Shown here: positions 55,378 through 64,000 of the stretch, piece by piece
How the letters are laid out: every line of letters starts with the position of its first letter
Position numbering within the stretch: the stretch's first letter is position 1
Translations under genes and position numbers: made by a program
Notes under the pieces: model-generated
The model's database searches: none
What the model saw: the letters and a program-made list of their open reading frames with translations, nothing else
Told to the model about the DNA's origin: nothing
Assembly (NCBI GenBank): GCA_051313645.2
Contig: JBNRSN020000002.1
Span: 539,586,001-539,650,000, forward strand
DNA from: Centroscyllium fabricii
Taxonomy: Eukaryota
Direction of reading: 5' to 3'
DNA: 64,000 bases

Positions 55378-58300
55378 TGTGGTAATCGTGTAATATACCA
55401 CTGTAAATAGTTGCTGGTTCACCTGTACTGTATTGTAGGCCTGGTCAGCCACACCCCTAACTGCTCCCCTCATGTCGGAGCATATAGGTGAGGGCTGCCC
55501 TGCCCCCGCTCATTCTTCACCTTGACCTCATCAGGAGACCAGCTCCATTCTTAGTTAATAAACGCCTGTAGTTTAGGTAACTACTCGTCTTTGTGTATTA
55601 ATTGACGATACGTCAATTTTATTAACTAAATTTTTAAAACATGGAGAGTACGCAGTGAAACCGGATCGCCTCGACATAAATCCTTAGGCACCCGATGCTG
55701 CTAATGATTTCGAACACTGGTTTGGCCTGGTCGAGGCCTACATGAAGGCCGTAAAGGCTACGAGTGATGAGGACAAACTCCAGGAACTCTCATCACGGAT
55801 CAGCAGCTGGGTGTACTCCTTTATCCGCGGCCTCAAGACCTACGAGGAAGCGGTCAAGAAATTAAAGGACTGCTACATGCGCCCGGCCCACTTGGTCTAT
55901 ACCAGACCAGAAGACAACGACTCGGTGAGTCAAATGAACAATTTCTAGTAGCGCTCCAAGCACTCGCACGGGCCTGCGACTGCAAGGCAAGGACAGCGGA
56001 AGAAGAGGTGAACCTCCTAATCCGCGATGCCTATGTGGCTGGACTCAGGTACATCCAGGCCCGCCAGCGGCTGCTGGTGCAGGACACACTGTCGCTCGAA
56101 ACCGCGATAACGCTTTCTAACGCGGTGGACGGAGCGGTTCGAAAACTTGATGCGTATGGAGATCACGGCTCCCACTGTACCCCTGACCCCTGGGCGACAC
56201 AGCAACGGGCCGAGGCCCCCATGATGGCAGTGGCGACTGCGAAGACACTGGCGGGGCACAGATGCTTCTTCTGCGGCCAAGGAAAGCACCCGCGGGCGCA
56301 GTGCCCCGCGAAGAATGCGACCTGCGCACGGTGCGCGAAGAAGGGGCACTACGAGAAGGTGTGCAAATCCAGCCCAGCCTCCAGCTCCAGACCCAACAGC
56401 GCGGCCTGCGAGAACAGCGATGCCACTCCGTGGCTCCAGGTACGGTGTTGCAGCGCGACCCAGCAACGGTCAGCCGGGGGTAAATCACGGGCGCCTCACT
56501 CCCCTTTATCTGTACGGCGGAGGCCGGCCGCGCGCGCGGCACAGGCGCCGCCACCTCAAACATGACCGCGACCGGCCATGTGCGACCCCCCGGCATCGCC
56601 ATCTTGTCCACCGCGGTCCGCCGCGTGCGAACCACAGGCGCCACCATCTTATCCACAGCGGTCAGCCGCGTGCGAACCACAGGCGCCGCCAACTTGTCCA
56701 CTGTGGTCAGTCGCGTGCGAACCACGGGCGCCGCCACCTTGTCCACAGCAGCTGGACACGTGCAAATCGCCAGCGCTGCCATCTTCTGAGCGGCCATCTT
56801 GCCAACCGCCCCAGCCGGGGCCCCAGCTAGCGGAGGGCCCCCACTCACACACATACACTTCGGCCTCAGCCACCGTCGATCAGGCTCGGCCGCACACCTT
56901 GTCCAACTCCAGGATGGGGATTAAGGTGGACGGGCACGCCACTAACTGCCTGTTCGACACTGGTAGCAGAGAGAGCTTTATACATCCCGACACAGTGCGG
57001 CGCTGCGCACTGCAGACCCAGCCCACGCATTACCAAGTCTCCCTTGCCTCAAAGTCACACACAGCGGACGTCACCGGCTACTGCAGCATCACGCTCACGA
57101 TCAGGGACTGCATTTATCGCAACTTTAAGTTGTACGTACTCCAGCAGCTGTGCGCCCCAGTCTTACTGGGACTGGATTTCCAGTGTCACCTGAAGAGCGT
57201 GACGATGGATTTCGGTGGAACCCTTGCCCCCCTCACCGTCAGTAGCCGGGACAATCCCAACTTAACGCGGAGCTCGACTTGCGGCCTGTCCACATCAAAA
57301 GTCAACCCCCCCTCACTGTTCGCCAATCTCGACCCTAAATGCAAGCCCATTGCTACCAAAAGTCGGCGTTACAGTGCAGGGGACCGGGCGTTCATCAGGT
57401 CGGAGGTCGAGCGCATGCTGAAAGAAGGGATCATTGAGGCCAGCACCAGCCGCTGGCGGGCCCAGGTCATGGTGGTTAAGACAGACGAGAAACTGCGCAT
57501 GGTCATCGACTATAGCCAGACGATTAACCGCTACACCGGGCTCGACGCCTACCCCTCCCCCGCATCTCGGATATGGTAAACCAGATCGCCTATTACAAGG
57601 TCTTTTCCACAATCGACCTCAAGTCAGCGTATCACCAACTCCCCATCCGGAAACCAGACCACCAGTACACCACCTTCGAGGCGAACGGCCGGTTCTACCA
57701 CTTCCTCCGGGCCCCCTTCGGTGTGACCAACGGGGTGTCGGTGTTCCTGAGGGAGATGGACCACATGGTTGACCAGAACGGGTTGCAGGCCACCTTCCTC
57801 TACTTGGACAACATGACTATCTGCGGCCATGACCAGCAGGACCACGATACCAACCTCACCAAATTCCAGCACACGGCGAAGCGGCTGGACCTAACGTACA
57901 ATAAAGACAAGTGTGTCTTTGGTACGGATCGGCTCGCTATCCTCGGATACGTGGTGGAAAACGGGATCCTCGGCCCCGACCCACAGCGTATGCGCCCCTT
58001 GAAAGAGCTGCCCTTACCTCACAACCCCAAAGCCCTGAGAAGATGTCTAGGGTTCTTCTCTTATTACGCGCAATGTGTCCCCCAGTACGCGGATAAGGCC
58101 AGACCTCTCCTCAAGGCCGACGTCGTCCCCCTCTCGGCAGAAGCCCAAACGGCATTCACTCGGATTAAGGAAGACATCATCAAGGCGACAATGCACGCCG
58201 TTGATGAGTCCATTCCCTTCCAGGTGGAGAGTGACGCTTCGGACTTCGCCCTTGCCGCCACCCTGAACCAGGCAGGCAGGCCTATAGCGTTCTTCTCCCG

Positions 58301-60037
58301 GACCCTACAGGGACCCGAAACTCGCCACTCAGTGGTGGAAAAGGAGGCCCAGGCCATCGTGGAGGCAGTGCGCTACTGGCGTCATTACCTGGCCGGTAAG
58401 CGTTTTACCCTGCTCACCGACCCACGGTCGGTGGTATTTATGTTTAATAATAAACAACGGGGTAAGATCAAGAATGATAAGGTCCTTCAGTGGCGGATCG
58501 AACTCTCGAATTACGAGTACGACATTCTTTACCGTCCAGGCAAGCTCAATGAACCCCCGGACGTACTGCGTACTGTCCAGGGGAACGTGCGCCAGCGCCC
58601 AGCTTGACCGGCTGAAGACCCTCCACGATCGCCTCTGCCACTCGGGTGTCACCAGACTCGCCCACTTCGTCAAATCCCGTAGCTTCCCCTACTCCATCAC
58701 AGAGATAAAGGCTATGACCAAAGAGTGCCCTGTCTGTGCCGAGTGCAAACCCCAATTCTACAGGCCAGACACAGCGCACGTCATCAAGGCCACCCGCCCC
58801 TTTGAACGCCTGAGCGTGGACTTCAAAGGCCCCCTCCCCTCCACTGACCACAACTTGTCTTTCCTTATGGTCATAGACGAGTTCTCACGCTTCCTCTTTG
58901 CCTTCCCCTGCCTAGATATGACGAGCGCAACGGTGATCAAACACTTCACCACGCTGTTCGCCATTTTCGGTCTCCCCAGCTACATCCATAGTGACCGGGG
59001 GTCGTTCATGAGCGACGAACTGCATCAGTTTCTGCTTCAGAAAGGGGTTGCCTCAAGCAGAACGACCAGTTACAACCCCCGGGGGAACGGCCAGGTAGAA
59101 AGGGAGAACGGGACCATCTGGAAGGCGGTCAACCTGGGCCTGAAGTCCAGAGGCCTTCCAGTCTCCCGTTGGCAGGTGGTCCTCCCAGACGCGCTCCATG
59201 CCATCCGCTCTCTGTTGTGTACTGCCACTAACGCCACACCTCATGACCTGTTGTTCTCCTTCCCCAGGAAGTCGACTTCAGGGACAGCACTCCCGCTGTG
59301 GCTCACAGCACAGGGGCCGGTGTTGCTTAGAAAGCACGTCTGCGGCCACAAGACCGACCCCCTGGTGGAACGGGTGCACCTGTTCCACGCCAACCTGCAA
59401 TATGCTTACGTGGCATTCCCAGACGATCGCGAGGATACAGTCTCGATCAGGGACCTGGCACCCGCCAGGAGCACTAGGGCAGAACCCCCGGTCGAGCCTC
59501 AGCTCGATCAGCCACCACCAACCGAATACTGGCCCCCATATACACACACACCGGGGCCCTCAATGCCACCGATCGATGACCCGGGATCAGACACGGCACC
59601 GCTGGCACTGTTGGCGAAGAGCTCGATCCCGGCCCTGCAACCTGCACCACCATTGCCGGCACCCCGGTGGTCCCCCAGGTAGACGCGACCGCCGGAGAGA
59701 CTGATAACGCAATGCTCATTGATTATGGACATATAGAGATCTTTTCTTTCACCCGAAGGCACATTCACCCCGCCGGACTTGTTTTTAAAGAAGGGGTGAA
59801 TGTGGTAATCGTGTAATATACCACTGTAAATTGTTGCTGGTTCACCTGTACTGTATTGTAGGCCAGGTCAGCCACACCCCAACTCCTCCCCTCAGGTCGG
59901 AGCATATCGGTGAGGGCTGCCCTGCCCCCTCTAATTCTTCACCTTGACCTCATCAGGAGACCAGCTCCATTCTTAGTTAATAAAAGCCTGTAGTTTAGGT
60001 AACTACTCGTCTTTGTGTATTAATTGACGATACGTCA
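55378..60037 (+). mobile_element. Ty3/Gypsy LTR retrotransposon, element E2 (same clade as E1, decayed)
   Basis: LTRs 55378-55615 and 59801-60037, perfect TSD ATTTC, PPT AAGAAGGGGTGAA. Confidence 0.96.
55641..59700 (+). pseudogene. frameshifted gag-pol of E2
   Basis: ORF pieces 56008-56565 (zinc knuckles), 56578-57579 (LFDTGS), 57573-58607 (YLDN, SDASD) and 58474-59682 (integrase) are colinear with E1. Confidence 0.92.
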
Positions 60038-60059
60038 ATTTCTCCTTATAATTCACTAT

Positions 60060-60728
60060 GGGGGAAAAATTGGGTTGCTTGCGCAAGCCGTTAGTGCCCT
60101 AAGAGGGCTGCTAATGGGGCGCAAGGCACCTAGCGCCTGGGCTGGTGCCTCCCACGATATTTAGCGGGGCGCTAGCAGTGGCAGCAGCCGGTGGTGCCCC
60201 GTGGTGCTGCGTTGCCTCAAACTTCACTCGCGCCCCCTGATTTAGCGCCGGACGCTGTCACCGACAGGGTCGGGGGGGATGCAGTTGCAGCTGGGCCAGC
60301 GCTATTTAAAAGAGGGGTGGGGGTGCCGGGCGGCCATTTTCCTTGCTGGCCACCTGCCAGCACCTGCCCCTTCTGCCGTCCCCGGCCTTCCCCGATGCCC
60401 CCCCGCGGAGTGCGGGCTGTGCTCCGTGAGCCCGGCGCTTCCCTCGAGTGCCGGGCTCCTTTACCGGCACTCCGATCCCCAGTGGTCCAGAAGGGGAGGG
60501 AGGCCTGCAGTACCGCGGCGCGGCGTGATGCAGAGCGTGGCGCAGCGGCAGGCAGTGGCCCGAACTTCAGTTGTTGCTCCCAAGGAATGAGGTGGGGCGC
60601 CTGCAGTAGCGCCCCACCTCCTACTTGGGGCGCTAAAACCCAATTTAAGGCGCAGCGGCGCTAACTTTTCCGGGGTACTACTTTCTGAGGTTCGCGCCCC
60701 AAACGGGGCGTAACCCAATTTTTCCCCC
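60060..60728 (-). mobile_element. family A MITE
   Basis: TAT | GGGGGAAAAATTGGGTT ... AACCCAATTTTTCCCCC | TAT. Confidence 0.85.
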
Positions 60729-61389
60729 TATGTGTGTATACTTTACCAACATTAATAATTGCAATATTTCTATTTATTTTATAATATTTCTAATAATTTG
60801 ATCCATTCAGATATAGATACATCTAATAATACGTCCATAATCATATACTAGATAACTCAAACGTTTGCGTGTTCAAGGCCCACGTTAGCGTTTGAACTCA
60901 TATTCTGGGCTGCAACTCTCGTTCATGACTGAGCGGAATTTGCATTGTTGGGAACACTGTCCTTCGAGTAATCAAATAGCTGGCGGCATTCGGGTGAACA
61001 CTAAAGATCTTGTGACACTATTTCACAGCATAATCCCAGTGTCCTCGTCAACATTCCTCACCCAACCAACACCACCAAAACAAACATTAACTGATCATTC
61101 ACCTCATGACTTTTTTCATTCATTGTGCGATAATCTCCTATTTAAATGCTGGGTTTATTTATTTATAATTAGATCTAACTTGATAGAATTTGAGATTGCT
61201 GTGTAACTTGATATATTTGCATGTATGATTCTACAATTGCGATTGCACATATTACTACAATTATTACTGCACTGTTTCTATGTCACATATAATGTTTCTA
61301 ATGTCATGTTATATATAGTACCTGCTTCTGATGCTCATCTATTCTATTTCTACTTATTAGCCAACTGGTAGAAGGCCCACCACCAATGT

Positions 61390-62182
61390 TATAGAATTAT
61401 AGAAATTTACAGCACAGAAGGAGGCCATTCAGCCCATCGTGTCTGTGCCGGCCGATAAAGAGCTCTCCAGCCTAATCGCACTCTCCAGCACTTGGTCCGT
61501 AGTCCTGTAGGTTACGGCACTTCAAATGCCTATCCAAGTACTTTTTAAATGTGCAAGAAGTCACACAACTGATTTAAAATAAAACTGTTGCACTATAACC
61601 TGGTGTTGTGTGACTTCTTGCATTTGTCCACCCCAGTCCAACATCATTTTGACGGCAGAGGGGGCAGGAGCTGGCAGGTGGCCAGCAAGAAAAATGGCCG
61701 CCTGGCACGCCCACCCCTCTTTTAAATAGCGCTGGCCCAGCTGCAACTGCGTCCCCCTGACCCTGTCGGTGACAGCGTCCGGCACTAAATCAGGGGGCGC
61801 GAGTGAAGTTTGAGGCCGGGCCGCGAGCGAGGCGCTGCGCACGGCGATGACGTCATCGCCGGCAACGCAGCACCACCGGCTGCCGCCACTGCCAGCGCCC
61901 CGCTAAATATCGTGGGAGGCACCAGCCCAGGCGGTAGGTGCCTTGCGCCCCATTAGCAGCCCTCTTAGGGCGCTAACGGCTGGCGCAAGCAACTCCACAG
62001 CATTTTTAAATGTGATGTGGGTTCCTGCCTCTACCACCCTTTCAGGCAGTGAGTTCCAGACCCCCACCATCCTCTAGGTGAAAAACTTTCTCCTCAACTC
62101 CCCTCTAAACCTTCCACCAATTACTTTAAATCTATGCCCTCTGGTTAATGGCCCCTCTATTAAGGGAAATAAATCATTCCTA
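61390..62182 (-). mobile_element. CR1 3' fragment interrupted by a Penelope/MITE composite (61554-62002) and cut by the Gypsy at 62183
   Basis: LFPLIEGPLTRGHRFKVIGGRFRG; direct repeat TTTTTAAATGTG flanks the insert. Confidence 0.75.
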
Positions 62183-64000
62183 TGTGGCGGCACGCCCACT
62201 GAGACATCGAATCCGCCACGGGGACTCCGCGGAGCAAAGCCCCGCTCATCCGGGTGACGCGACGACGTCACCACGTCGGCCGACGCGATGACATCACCAA
62301 CCGCGGGACTGCTTAAATACGCTTGTTGCGAGTGGTTCACTCTCTTTCTTGTTTTACTTAGTGTAATAAAGCTGTGTTTTCTCTAGCTCTGGCTCACGTG
62401 TGGTTCCTAGGCCTGCCGCCGCTACAGTGGTGACCCCGAACTGGAACGACTTCCAAGAAGAAAAGCTGCCGCAGGATCTGGGACCACCAGCCAAAGAACT
62501 TTTTTAAGAAAACATGGTAAACCCAAGGAACCAAGCTCCACGAACGCAGGGAGCTGGCCAAAACGCCGGACGTGGACTAACTCTACCCGAGTTCTGGGAG
62601 CAACAGCCAGCGGCATGGTTCATGTGCATTGAGACCAGCTGCCGCATACATGGCATTCAGGGGGACGACCGCTACGACCTGGTGTTCTCAGCCCTACCAC
62701 AGACGACGATCGATCGGATGTGGTCAAAAATACAGCGTGTGCCCATCGCAGGCAGGTATGAAGCACTTAAGGCCGCGCTTATAATTTTTTTTACCCCCTC
62801 CCAATTTGAGCGCGACTGCCAGCTCCTCGACCTCCCCGAACTCGGGAACGCAGACCCATCGGACCTCTTAGGTCAGATGCAAGCGCTCACACCCAATCCG
62901 GCCTCCCTCATCTGCACAGTCTTCCTCCTTAAACTGCCACGCGCCATCAGACCGGCCTTGGCGGCCCTTGGCCATCGGAGCGATGACGAGCTCGGAGAGG
63001 AAGCCGACAGGCTCGTGGAGGCGCAGCGCACCCGCTCAACCACGTGCGACCCTAACTCCGCATCGGTAGAGCGCAGCCAATCACCCCCCAGGCATAACTT
63101 TACGCCTGAACCTAGGGCCCCGCGCCCACCTAGGCAACCGCGTCCCTCTAGCACCGGCTGGTGCTACTACCACACGCGGTTCGACCACAAAGCGCACCGC
63201 TGCGTCCAGCCATGCGCGTTCAAGCCACGGCCCAACTCAGCCCCCACCATGTCTGTAGGCCACACAGGAGCACTGCTCTTTGCCACAGACAATGGCACAG
63301 GCCTCAAGTTCCTCTGCGAGACAGGCGCGCAGCACAGCATCGTGCCAGCCTCCCCCGCAGAAACCAAACAAAGCACCCGGGGCCCGCCACTAGCGGCGGC
63401 CAACGGCTCCAATATAAAAACGTACGGCACCCGCAAGCTGACAATTACCCTTGCAAGCCACGCGTACACCTGGGATTTTGTAACGGCCCAGGTCACTTCA
63501 CCCCTCCTCGGGGCAGACTTCCTCTGCGCCTACAGCCTACTGGTCGACGTAACCCGGCGCCGCTTGGTCAACATAAATACCATGACGACCATCCCATGCT
63601 CCACAGGGCCCGCACTCCTGGCCCACGCAGCAGCCCAATGCCGCTCCCGGGACTCCGATGCCTACGGCACGCTCCTGGCAGAGTTCCCCGCCCTAACCAA
63701 CCCCACGTTCACCGCCCGCCAGGCCAAACACGGGCTGGAGCATTTTATTACGACCACAGGCCCTCCCGCCCATGCCCACGCCCGTAGGCTCGACCCGGCC
63801 AAGCAGGAGATCGCGCGCACCGAGTTCCGCACCATGGAGCAACTCGGTATAATCCGCCGCTCCAGCAGCCCCCAAGCCCGACGGAGGTTGGCGCCCCTGC
63901 GGTGACTACCGCCGCCTTAACAACGCCACTACCCCGGATAGGTACCCCGTACCCCACATCCAGGACTTTTCCGCCAGATTAGCGGGCTGTACGATCTTTT
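62183..64000 (+). mobile_element. CsRN1/Kabuki-like Gypsy element, 5' part (runs off the window)
   Basis: LTR 62183-62426 (TGTGGCGGC...GCCGCTACA, AATAAA); PBS TGGTGACCCCGA (62428-62439), complementary to the tRNA-Trp 3' end. Confidence 0.9.
62514..63905 (+). pseudogene. Gag-protease-RT start of the CsRN1-like element, apparently inactivated
   Basis: LPEFW..QP.AWF Gag and CYYH..F...A..C...C box. Protease reads ETGA instead of DTGA. The W.SPL.MV segment is missing and [16 protein letters not shown] continues in another frame. Confidence 0.85.

Overview
Vertebrate genomic DNA, almost certainly a shark or other elasmobranch (HE1 V-SINEs, SacSINE1-like DeuSINEs, CR1 LINEs ending in ATTCTATG/TTTCTATG). 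The window is mostly intron of a minus-strand FERM/PDZ gene, best matched to FRMPD2 (a PTPN13 paralogue). Three exons are clear (37482-37556, 31529-31703, 21191-21341, phases compatible) and one is a candidate (41186-41351). The rest is largely transposable elements: a full-length CR1 (1477-6068), two full-length Ty3/Gypsy elements of one clade (9000-13703, 55378-60037) plus three related lone LTRs, the 5' part of a CsRN1-like Gypsy, Penelope fold-back fragments with minimal hammerhead ribozymes, many PIF/Harbinger and Tc1/mariner-type MITEs, SINEs, and a 5S-derived SINE-like element. The most interesting signal is in the two related Gypsy elements. They have no tRNA PBS. Instead, the 13 nt starting 1 nt after the 5' LTR are complementary to the poly(A)-signal segment of their own LTR, with three compensatory changes between the two elements. 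Both also have a YLDN rather than YxDD RT motif and a hairpin that sequesters the PPT. Together these suggest a tRNA-independent self-priming mechanism distinct from Tf1/sushi. All coordinates were read by eye; boundaries of degraded repeats are approximate.
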